A DNA stretch of 64,000 nt from Girardia tigrina (lineage: Eukaryota). A model generated the notes under the pieces. It did no database searches, was not told the origin of the DNA, and saw only the letters and a list, made by a program, of their open reading frames with translations. Location of the stretch: positions 1-64,000 of the forward strand of contig MQRK01167228.1 in the NCBI GenBank assembly GCA_001938485.1. The letters run 5' to 3'. The position numbers were made by a program, and so were the translations under genes. Shown one piece after another: positions 50,201-60,065 of this stretch. Every line of letters starts with the position of its first letter. Positions within the stretch are counted from its first letter, which is position 1.

Positions 50201-53200
50201 CTATTCGACCATGGGACAGGTATTACAGGCTTACATGGTACCTGCAGCAGACAGCTTGCCTGACCTGACCTGTCTTACTCTAGATTTACTGACTTACTCT
50301 AGAAATTATTCGACTTAATTTAGGAAATATTTGTACCGCGATTTCAGAATGAAATAAATGTTTAATAATTTGTTTCATATGTTTAGGTTTAATATATTTA
50401 CTTATTATTAAGATCATTAATTGGGTTTCCTTTACATTTATTTGCATCACAATTTGAATTGCCGCTAGAACAATTCTCCGTAAAACTTGCGTAGCTCGTC
50501 ATCGTTCTTGATTGATAATCTTTAATAATATTCTTTAACGTCTCATTATTCAAACAAATTTAAATTACAATTTAAATATTACAAAAATAATTTATACTTT
50601 AAATTTGAAATAAATTTTATTTATTTTAAGAAAATATTATTAAAATATTATTTATGAAGTATTAGTTTAATTTTAAAGTGATTATTTAAATTTTAATAAT
50701 TGATTAAACAACCCGACGTTTTAAAATATTTAAAATATCAATCTTCCATCCTGGTGGGAGAAACACAATACTAAAACAACACACAATAAACACCATTCAA
50801 AAATACTCCTCACATATATAAAGTTTAATTTAAAAATATACATAAAATAAGTCGGAGAAGTCGGTGATTATGTAATCAATATATGTATTTTTCATTCAGG
50901 TTAGATTACTTTAAAAAAATTTGAAATAAATTTTTTAAAATTTTCAAATTATTTTTCCTGGAATGCCGATAATTTTGTATATATTGTCCTTCTTTTATAT
51001 TTGCTGGGGCCCGTACGGAACTTTACCCGAAAATTCATTTGAAGTTAAAATAAAGATTGAAAATATTGAAAACATTTTTAATAAATAAGATTACATCTGA
51101 CGAGAGCGAATCTGGGGACGATTGAAATTCCGAAGATGGATTTGAAAAAATTATATTTAAAGCATTATTCAAACTGTTGTTCGACAATTTTAAAGCGTCG
51201 GAAGCTTTTTCTCTGGAAATTCCCATTTCTAGAAGTGTATGAATCAAATTTTGATCGGCGTTGACCAATATCTGTTCACTCTGATTGGAGATTTCCTCTG
51301 GAATAACATTTCAGTCGTTGAGACTCGATTTACAAAACGGTAACTAATGATTACTTTGCACGTATTGGAACAAATCTGATGCCGTTTTATTCAAACAGAG
51401 AATGTTTTGTGAAACCTCAATGAGTGTAACCAAAACCGATCTCAGAATTCGATCAGTGTTTATTTTGGACTTTTCATTAATCGTTCTGAGATTTATTCCT
51501 TCCAAATTTTTTGTTGCTTCTTCGATATCTCTGTCGGTGATTTTAGTGTCACTAATCTGATAAAAATTTATTGTTCCAAGAAAATCTCTAAAGGACAATT
51601 TATTGTTACTTGTTGAATCTCCGTATTTGAAGGACGATTTGGAATGGAGAGAATGATTTCATCTATAATATGGAACTGATTGAGAGATCGAGATTTGGTA
51701 TATTATATTGTAAAATTATTATTATTAAACAACGAATTTAATATTTTTCATATATTTGTACGATATTTAAATTATTGTTTTGCTAATTTTTATGTTATAT
51801 TTTAGCATTAAACTGTAATTATTTCAAATTTATATATCAATAAATTTAAAATGTCAAAGGCTCTTATCAATTTCGATTTTTCAAGTCTACAAAATTAAAA
51901 AATTTGTACTTTTAAAACAGTTACCAAAATTATTTTTTGATATAATAGCAGTTTAAAAGAGCGATGAAAAGTTCAAATGTCCCATTCGTGACTGTATAAA
52001 GTCTACAAACACAGCCAGAATCATCGAGAATCATGGAACATAAAGTCATGACTAATCTTTTCTAACAAGAAAACAGAAAAGATCTCGAAGAATGAAGCAA
52101 TCCGACCCCGTAGGGGGGCTATCGATGGCTGCTAGACACTATTTAGTTTGACAATTAAAAATTAAGTTTTAAACAATTAAAATTTTACAAGTAAAATTTT
52201 TCAAGCACTACCCTATATATAAAATGTGAATACGTAATCAACTTATTTATTAGCTAATTAAATACTTTCAACATTCGTTCAAATTCACTATCGTATTGCC
52301 ATCCTTCGTCGTCTACTTCTTCATTTTGAAGCAAAGTAGGACATATCAAAATTCTCAATTAACATCATAGATGCTCACAGTATGTGTAATGATGCCTGAT
52401 TGAAGGTTATACCCGAAACAATCTAAGGTTGTTTTCGTCATGCTGGCCTTATGAAAAAGAACTCTATTAAATCAACTATTCAAATAAATGAAAATAGCGA
52501 GAAAGAATATCTCAATGTCTTTTCCTGCATTCAATCTAACTTTAGTGAAAAATATAGCATTTCTATCCAAATTACTCCAGGAAATTATTTGGCTATCGAT
52601 GATGAAACTACAGTCGAAGAAATTTTAGGAGATGAAGCAATTCGCGATAAGTGTTCCCTTAGACAATAACGAAAATGAAGCAGAACAATTACCATATCAT
52701 CCTGTTTTACTTACAGATGCTCTGCGTAGTATTTCAATATTGCGATCATTCTTCATTGAAAAGGGGTTATCAACAACCAGTTTGGATGTTATTGAGCAAG
52801 AGATAATTGGATAAATAATGAGCAACCAAAGACAAACGTTGATAAATGATTTCATACACAAAGAAAGAGGGCAACTGTTAAATTGATTTATTTTAATATA
52901 CAAAATGTATCAGAATTTTTGGGATCCTATCTTATGCAATTAATAAAGGTCATATACGAAATAAAGAACTTTGTTAATTGTAATTCTACTTGAATTTTTA
53001 GCTTTCTGGTCACATTTAGTATTCCGAGTCAAAAGATTTATTACCGTATATCACCGCGTATAATGCGAAAAAATTATACCACTTTTGTCCTCATGAAAAC
53101 ATAGTCACATTATACGTGAGTAATAAATTCAAAGTAAGTTATCTAAATCAACTATTATTAATGAGTAATGATTACTACGTGTCGGGCCCATCTGAGTGAC

Positions 53201-55425
53201 AGTTGCAAGAAAACTGCACGTGAAATGAAAACCGATCTTGCGGTTATTCCAGGCGGTCTGACATCGGTCCTGCAGCCATTGGATGTTTGCATTAATAAAC
53301 TATTCAAAGACCGGCTACGCGCCAAATGGACGGACTGGATGTCGTCTGGAGCTCCAACTTTAACCAAACACGGAAATTTACAGAAGCCGGACATTACCCG
53401 TATTACAACTTGGGTGAAAGAAGCATGGAAGTCCATTCACCGGACATAGTAAAAAATTCATTTTTGAAATGTGGTATCAGCAATGCTTTGGATGGGACTG
53501 AAAATGATGCCATTTATGGAAGTGGCAATGAAGAACAGGAAGACGTGGACGATGATGATGGATATACAGGTGATGATTTGGCAACAGATGAATTTTTGGC
53601 CGAAATGTTCGGAGAGAGTGACGATGAAGAATTTAATTAATAAATGATTTGTTTTTTGGATGATTAATTTTTTATGTTAAAACTGTTTTTACGGTTTGAA
53701 GGTTTGAAAGGGCTTAAAAAATATAGGGATCGCATTTTACGTGGACGCTAGGTTTCTGCGGGATATCCTTGTCAAAATTATAGGGAATACGCGGTAATAT
53801 ACGGTAAATTTCCTTATAACGAAATAATTTTGAAGGTCCCTTGAATTTCGTTACAGAGAGATTCTATTGTATAGAAAAATATAAATAATAAATATTCCAT
53901 AGAAAATCCAATCGAACCGAAATCATCGAATTTATAGAAATCAAAATATCTCTCATTCTCCACTAATTTTTATTCTTTCACATAGAACTAATTGCATTTT
54001 TTAAATTAAAAAATTTTTCCCTTAATTGACGATTGCACCGGGTGTGACCTTTACAATCTTTTTTTTATCGTTGAGCAAAAGTGCCCGGTTGAAACATAAA
54101 TAAATTCGCCGCATGCACCGGTCCTTGTTTCCACAGGGGTTCTTTTTCTAGCGGCCTCCCCCCGCACCCATCAATTGGGTGAACGTTTCCGCCAAGCCCG
54201 ACACTTCTGCTCAACCTAACCTTAATAACTCATCATCGAAGGCTGGGTCGTCCTCCCATGATGAGTTATCTACATCTTCTGATGAATCTCCAATCCTAGA
54301 CCTATATAGTTTGGGGACTAGCTCATCATCGGATGGATCATCTTGAGTTTGATCCTCAATCACAAAAGTTCCCCCTGTCGCACTCCTACTCTATAATTGA
54401 AAGATTGTATGAGTGCATCCAGGGCGGCTGGATCAAACTCTTCTACGCCCTCAGGAGTGACATGTTCATAATCGGTCTCTTCCATTGCTAACATGCCCTC
54501 CTGAGGTTCATCATATTTCTCTATGTTTATTCGGCTGGGGTTTCTTTTTCACCCCCACTTAATTTTTAATCTTAACGTAAGTATTCTATATTTTACTAAA
54601 ATCGAAAAATTAAGTGGGGATGAAAAAGAAACCCCAGCCGAATTATTGGGAGAAAGTGACTCGTGTGAAGTGTTACATATAAGATCTTTGAATACTAGAA
54701 TTGACGTTCAAAATGCACTGTCGACAACTTTATTAAAAGTTTTTAAATGATTTATTGAGGACGTATTGATTACATAATCGTTACCGGCAGTGCGTAAGTA
54801 ACTTTCTTTTTAAAAAATCACTTGTTCTGACGATGACGGTTGATCCGTTGATATTAAAAGACTTATAATAAAAAATTTCAATTTGATTGTTAATTTAAAT
54901 ATATTTTTTAATGAATAATTTATGTTCCAACATTAAGTTTTAAATATCTGTTTGTATTTGTAACTTTATAATATCGACGCTCTATTCAAATGTAAACAAG
55001 TGAAAAAATGCTGATGATGGAATCAGAAACTTCGAAACATGTTCAATAATCAATTTCTTAGAAAAGCTTTAACAAAATTATTCTCCAAATATATAAAAAT
55101 ACAAATAATAAATATTCCACACAAAATCCAATCGAACCGAAATCATCGAATTTATAGAAATCCAAATGTCTCTCATTCTCCAGTAATTGATATTTTTTTA
55201 CATAGAACAAATTGCATTTCATTAAATCCAAATTATTGATGTTATTAACGGAACTGAAAAGATTTTCCAAATTGAAAATCTGAAATTTCTCTCCAATTCA
55301 CAATGACAGAATTTGAAATAAATTTCTCTTACTTTTTCTTTCAAATTCAAAACCGAAAGATTGGTTTTCAAACTCAATAAAACTGTGAAGTTATTATTCA
55401 CGATTTTCAATTTGATCAGAGACAT
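44205..55425 (-). CDS. UBAC1: Ubiquitin-associated domain-containing protein 1 (UBAC1/KPC2; UBL-UBA-UBA-STI1), 8 exons, 393 aa
   Basis: Exons read by eye with GT-AG introns and consistent phases: 55425-55333, 55279-55138, 51662-51610, 51556-51355, 51297-51095, 44820-44602, 44550-44400, 44323-44205 (1182 nt including TAA). Motifs: LRSVLVTLIEVSQNILCLN; UBA1 LLEMGISREKASDALKL; UBA2 LIDMGFEESTVNEALRINNNNEMAA; STI1-like ILSNPDIQLGL...AFLNIVDNPKNLNHWLANPET. Confidence 0.9.
45195..46164 (-). mobile_element. Internally deleted hAT element in UBAC1 intron 5
   Basis: TIRs CTAAGGTGCAGCCCG / CGGGCCGCACCCTAG, 8-bp TSD ATGATTGT/ATGATCGT, ACGGG subterminal repeats. Minus-strand catalytic remnants LATDGW, DNAKNM, KYAAH. 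Confidence 0.85.
46430..46792. mobile_element. hAT MITE
   Basis: TIRs TAGGGTTGCCA / TGGCAAACCTA; TSD TCTATCAA/TCTGTCAA. Confidence 0.85.
46850..47580 (+). mobile_element. Very decayed mariner remnant
   Basis: NWDVLP..SFSSDMAQ*DF near 47295-47350 resembles WEVLPHPPYSPDLAPSD. Confidence 0.5.
48500..49480 (+). mobile_element. Penelope-like RT remnant
   Basis: QKDRVAIGSKLAPML (~48540-48590); YVDDIFIVF, LHLNIKF, LLFLDILV, YRKTTDTGL (~49120-49325). Confidence 0.7.
49940..50275 (-). mobile_element. GC-rich retroelement fragment, possibly an RTE-type 5' UTR
   Basis: GC-rich island in an AT-rich intron. Minus-strand GGCGACTAAACC...GGATGAAAAACAAAACC...GGCGGATGAGC...CAACGGCCATCC resembles RTE 5' regions as recalled. 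Confidence 0.35.
52250..53870 (+). mobile_element. Tigger 3' half interrupted by a nested pogo element
   Basis: CFRHAG...YLAIDDE...QRQTLINDF transposase tail. Right end ...GGTCCCTTGAATTTCGTTACAGAGAGATTCTATTG followed by TA. Confidence 0.65.
53044..53804 (+). mobile_element. pogo (POGK-like) internally deleted element
   Basis: TA-flanked TIRs CCGTATATCACCGCGTAT / ATACGCGGTAATATACGG; DLAVIPGGLTSVLQPLDVCINKLFKDRLR, SFLKCGI. Confidence 0.88.
53874..54000 (-). pseudogene. Decayed duplicate of UBAC1 exon 2 (3' part plus donor site)
   Basis: High identity to 55095-55220 (e.g. AAAATCCAATCGAACCGAAATCATCGAATTTATAGAAATC). The copy has TAG and TAA stops in the coding frame. Confidence 0.85.
54055..54525 (-). 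mobile_element. 3' end fragment of the same non-LTR family as 34340-36405
   Basis: Reverse-complement match to about 35920-36400 (GATGATGAGTT..TAAGG, TCGGGCTTGGCGGAAACG, GGGCACTTTTGCTCA, A tail). Confidence 0.85.
54530..54642. mobile_element. Small hairpin MITE
   Basis: About 38-bp TIRs TTCGGCTGGGGTTTCTTTTTCACCCCCACTTAATTTTT / AAAAATTAAGTGGGGATGAAAAAGAAACCCCAGCCGAA; TTA on both sides. Confidence 0.8.
54643..54900 (+). mobile_element. Penelope-like 3' end (end of GIY-YIG ORF and pseudo-LTR, pLTR)
   Basis: Similar to 58426-58640 (TTATTGGGAGA..GTG..TGTGAAG, GTTCAAA..GCACT, TGATTACATAATC). CEVLHIRSLNTRIDVQ. Confidence 0.7.
55011..55054 (+). ncRNA. Minimal PLE-type hammerhead motif
   Basis: CTGATGA-TGGAATCAGAAACTTC-GAAA-CATG-TTC with palindromic AACATGTT. 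Stem I is weak. Confidence 0.5.
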
Positions 55426-57487
55426 TTGAAATATCTATTTACATACGATTGATTGATTTAAACAAACGAGTTTGATGATTTTGCCGAGATGATTCGTTTT
55501 CGGTTTTTTATTTTTAATCGGAAATATCGCATGCGAAATGTATTTTATTTTCACTTTTATATAAATTTTGTGAAAAAAATTATTTAACATGATAATTATT
55601 TTTTATATTTGTTAAATTTAACATGAAATCAAAGTTAGTGCTATTTGAAATCTGAACTAAAAAATGTTATGAAAAGAAAAATTTCTATTAAGAATAGCTG
55701 ATTATAAATTGCATTTTTAAATGATATTATGAGTTTTTTATTTTAGACTAATATCATAAAAATTGCTGGCAACTACTTTGCATTAAATATCACTTTCAAC
55801 ATTATCATTATATATTATTTTTTTGCTAATTTCCAATGATTACTCTTGAGTCTAGTTGAGTCTTTCTAGTTACAAAATCCATCTATTTGTATTAACTTTC
55901 TTTAAATCTTTCCGGAACAGTTAACTTGAATAATTGATATTCCTTTCAGTAAACAAAATTAAAGTGCGAAAATTAACAAAAAGCTAAAGTCGAAAAACTT
56001 ATGAAATAAAATCAAAATTTAAACTCATGAAAAATACTTTTCCCGAAAAGAACATTTTTAAAAAGTTACAGCATTTTGTTTGATTATAAAAGTAACATTT
56101 TAGCCAATGTAGACTCAATAAAATGTATATTTCATGAAAAAGAATTATTTAAGAGAAATATCAATTTAAATTATATTAAATTCAAGCATTATGCAATTTA
56201 TTAATGTGTTACATAACATTTTAAATACAAATGGGAAAAGGTCAAATTAATTTAAAATTTGTGTAAAATAAAATCAGGGTGAATAATTTTGAATAATACG
56301 TTGGGATTTAAGGCAATTAATTTCCTGATTCCTTAACAGCCTCCAACCGATTATTGAGCGGGCCTGAGGTTGTTGGAAGCCCTTGGCAGATCTAAAAGGA
56401 AAAATAGGTTTAAATAATAAAAATAAAAATATATAATTAATTGATAAATTGATCCATAGGTTGATACATTGAAATAATTGATCTATCAATTGACGGGTAA
56501 ATCAGAAAAGATTGAAATCGATACCAAGTTGGAGGTCTCTTGTGATTATTTTGAATTTTTTTTGGGGCCTTCCATCATAATGCACTCGAGTATCTTGTTT
56601 TGATGGATGTCTCTATGAGTAAGCTCTGGTGTTTCTTTTGTTAGGACTTCTATAATGATGAGATAAACAGTGTATCGTTTTATGTTTTGATTTAAGTCTC
56701 ATGCATGTGAACTTTTTGTTAATTGTCATTTATTTTGTTCGCCAATTTTTAATACATTTACGGTGTTGTGAAATTCCGTCCCATTATCGATTTACAGACC
56801 AACTATTTAGAAGTGTTTGAAGACTCAAAGGAAGGTAAAATCTCTACAAATAGAGATCACAAAAATCACTTTTTTGTGTTCCTTAATTAACAAAAGCTTT
56901 TTTGTTTTTTCTGTTCTTGACTATGACTGAAACCGAAAAAATTAAAATCATATAGCAAAATATTGAATTTGTTCATTTTAATATGAATAAGACACAAAAT
57001 TATGTTAATATATAAAAATAAACTTGCAAAAAAGATGGCAATTTTTTATTTTAAACAAATAAACGCCATTTAAAAATATATTTTGTGATAATATATTTCG
57101 AAGGTTTAACCGTCATCATCAGTTTATGTTCTTTTTTATTGCTTTTATATAAGAAACGAATGATTATGTAATCTAATTGAAAACTCTTAATATGTTTTAA
57201 AATGCTTGCACAAAATTTTAAAATCATTTGTACTCAAATTATATTAATTTATTATCTTAACATTTACTACTTCAAATATTCATTTTCTATTTAATAGGGA
57301 ATGGTACAAACAAATAGATGGGGTTGCAATGGGTTCACCATTAGCTAAAACGTTAGTCTCTAGATTTCTTTCTTCCATTGAAGAAAAGAGAGAATTGTTT
57401 TTTGGGAAAAAACCACTACTTTATGCAAGATATGTGGATGAAATATTTCTAGTCTTTGAATCTCGAGAACATGTTTCTCCTTTTCTA

Positions 57488-57975
57488 TTAGGTTGAGGAA
57501 TACGTTCCCCCCGTTTTTTGAATTTTTAATCAATTTAATATTTAAACCAAATTTTTTGATGTAATATTATATATTATTTGAAAACTATTATTTTGCTCTA
57601 AAAAATAGTGTATTTTGTTTTTTTATTCAGATTAATTTTTGTCGATTTTTAGACCATTAAAATGGAGTGTCAAATCGACAAAAAAGGAAATTTCCGACAC
57701 CATCTATTGTTTGCGTATAATCGAGGCGCCAAAGCCGCAGACGCTGCCTGAGAGCTTTGTGCTGTATACGGAGAAGGTGCTATAACTGATAGAACCGCTC
57801 GTGATTGGTTCGCAAAATTTAAAATTGGCAATTTTGACCCCAAGGATGTACCTCGTTCAAGACGACCAAATGAATTCGATGAGGAGCGTTTAAACAAACT
57901 TTTGCATGAAGACGTGCGTCAAACCACTCGAAAATTGGCGGAACAAATAGATTGTGATCAAATGGATTGTGATCA
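57488..57975 (+). mobile_element. mariner 5' half inserted in the Penelope RT
   Basis: TA then TTAGGTTGAGGAATAC left end. MECQIDKKGNFRHHLLF...VYGEGAI..RTARDWFAKFK..PRSRRP. Truncated. Confidence 0.85.
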
Positions 57976-58596
57976 TATTTACAGTGGAATAGGAAATAAA
58001 CGGAAAATTACCATTCCTTGATTTGTTAATTGAAAGGAAAAATGATCATTATGAAACTGAAATATATCGAAAGAAAACTGATACTGGTTTGTACACCTCC
58101 ATAAATAGTTTTTGTGAGTTTAAATATAAAAGGAATATAATCAAAGGTTTGTTATACCGCTCTTGGTCTCTTTCATCATTTAAAGTTGAGAATAGGTTTT
58201 GCAATAAATCACATATTTCTTTAGGATTGTGTTCGGACATTGTTTATCAATACACATGTAATGGGTGCAATGCCACATACATCAGAGAGACTGTCCGTCA
58301 TCTCTGCAAAAGAGTCCAAGAACACAGTCAAAAAGGGGGAAAGAGTAATATTGCTGAGCATAAAAAAACGTGTAAATGTAATATGAGCATAAATGATTTT
58401 AAGATTTTGTGCAAGTATTTAAAAATTATTGGGAGAGAGTGTCATGTGAAGCATTGTTGATAATATCATGTGATCCAAAAGTCAATGTTCAAACAGCACT
58501 CTCAACGAATTTGTTAAGAGTTTTCGATTAGACTTACGTTAGTGATTACATAATCATTCATTTCTTCTATAAAAGCAATAAAAAAGAACATGATCA

Positions 58597-58639
58597 GTGA
58601 TTTGATGATGACGTTTAAACCTTCGAAATATATTATCAC
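58597..58639 (+). ncRNA. Minimal PLE-type hammerhead ribozyme motif, degenerate (inverted copy at 57085-57122)
   Basis: GTGA-T-TTGATGA-(stem II)-GAAA-TATATTA-TCAC with palindromic AATATATT. The minus-strand copy retains the CTGATGA core. Confidence 0.65.
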
Positions 58640-59139
58640 AAAATATATTTTTAAATGTCGTTTATTTGCTTATAATATATAAAAATTATAACAATCTATA
58701 TGGAATACGAACTCATTTAACAAAGATAACTAAAGAACAAAAAACTTATAATATTATAGAAGTAAAATCTGCCACATGATGATATTCATTGTAGGATTTA
58801 TAGCAAACAGTTTCTTCAAAGAACTCGGAAGGTATCAGAATTGGTTCCTGGTAAGGTTATAGGATTGAATGAACTGGTACGACACAAATCATTTACTGGT
58901 GTCAGAAGGGGATTGATAATTGAGATTCTTGTATAAGTTGATGATTAAAATAGATTAAAAGGAAAGTACATTTAAAACTCTGGTACAAATCCAACAAATA
59001 TATAATAATAGGATTCTAAATTTTCAAATAACTAAACTTTTCAAAATTAGCATAAAATCATAAAATAATCATTTCAATGAGTTTTATATCAAAAACAGAT
59101 TTTCAATCATGAATCAATGAAAGAGAACATTGTGAATAG

Positions 59140-59577
59140 TGTCACGACCTCGTTGAGTTATAACATTTCTGTTGACTCTTGAGCCCCCAGTGGTTATTAA
59201 GGGTCAACCACATCCCAACATCTATTTTAATATTTATTTATATCTGTCTATATAACGGGTCGGACGCCTCTTCTCGCTCGACATCTGGCTAGCAGTGCCG
59301 AGTCTGAAGGGCCTTCGGGTTCGAATAAAGATGGAATGAGCTATGGGCCCCCCACCTAGCAAAGTGTCGCTCGGGGATGATCTATCTATTGTATTCAGAA
59401 TCATCATCTTTATGTATTATAAAACTTGTTGCACTGTTACGTTATGTTGTGTTGAACTTAGGGCAATGTTATATAACTTGTTTTGTGTCATTAAGGTGTC
59501 TACGTGTAACTTATGGCAATATTAGGAGACTTGTGTCACTGTTATGTATCTGAAGAAGTTATATTGTGTTCCTTACA
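59140..59577 (+). mobile_element. Possible solo LTR
   Basis: TGTCAC...TTACA ends, TATA-like CTATATAA (~59248), AATAAA (~59323), flanks ATAG/TTAG (3 of 4 match). Confidence 0.5.
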
Positions 59578-59745
59578 TTAGACCGCAAATCCTCAACCAG
59601 GCTTGTCAAATAGATTTAACTCATCGATAGATACGGTATATAGGTTATCAGCTCTGTTTCGTCATTAAGAATCGTTACCAGAATGCTATCAATTTTATAA
59701 GCGAGGTATCATTATCATTGTTAGACATTGTTCAGATATCGACAA

Positions 59746-60065
59746 TATATATTATAAAAGCCCAAGTCACTCACTGCCTGCTTCACTAACGCTGACGTAA
59801 TAATTGTTGACGTAATAATAGTATTATTTGTTGAAAAATAAATGTGAAAAAATATCAATTNNNNNNNNNNNNNNNNNNNNNNNNNNNNNNNNNNNNNNNN
59901 NNNNNNNNNNNNNNNNNNNNNNNNNNNNNNNNNNNNNNNNNNNNNNNNNNNCCTTACAGCATTAGTGAGGCAGTGAGGCAGGCAGTGAGTGACTTGGGCT
60001 TTTATAATATAAAAAAAATTGAACCCCCGGCAAGAGAGGGCCGCGAAGCGGGCCGAGCGCGCTAG
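59746..60065 (+). mobile_element. Non-autonomous Helitron-like element (spans a gap)
   Basis: 5'-type TATATATTATAAAAGCCCAAGTCACTCACTG. GC-rich hairpin GGCCGCGAAGCGGGCC shortly before CTAG|T at 60062-60066. Confidence 0.65.

Larger units (their letters stand above)
57055..58670 (+). mobile_element. Penelope-like element (RT + GIY-YIG) with inverted 5' pLTR
   Basis: WYKQIDGVAMGSPLA, YARYVDEIF, LPFLDLLI, IYRKKTDTGLY, IVYQYTCNGCNATYIRET..RVQEH. 57055-57190 is an inverted copy of 58514-58670. Confidence 0.9.

Noticed and set aside
50140-50260. HDV-like ribozyme in the RTE-like fragment (minus strand GCAGGTA/TACCTGT pairing)
   Set aside because: Could not place P3, L3, P1.1 and J4/2 in the required order.
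51960-52060. C2H2 zinc-finger-like snippet (KFKCPIRDCIKVYKH)
   Set aside because: Single broken finger with no ORF or splice context.
56500-56840. Integrase-like DNGTEF motif on the minus strand
   Set aside because: Too decayed to assign a family or boundaries.
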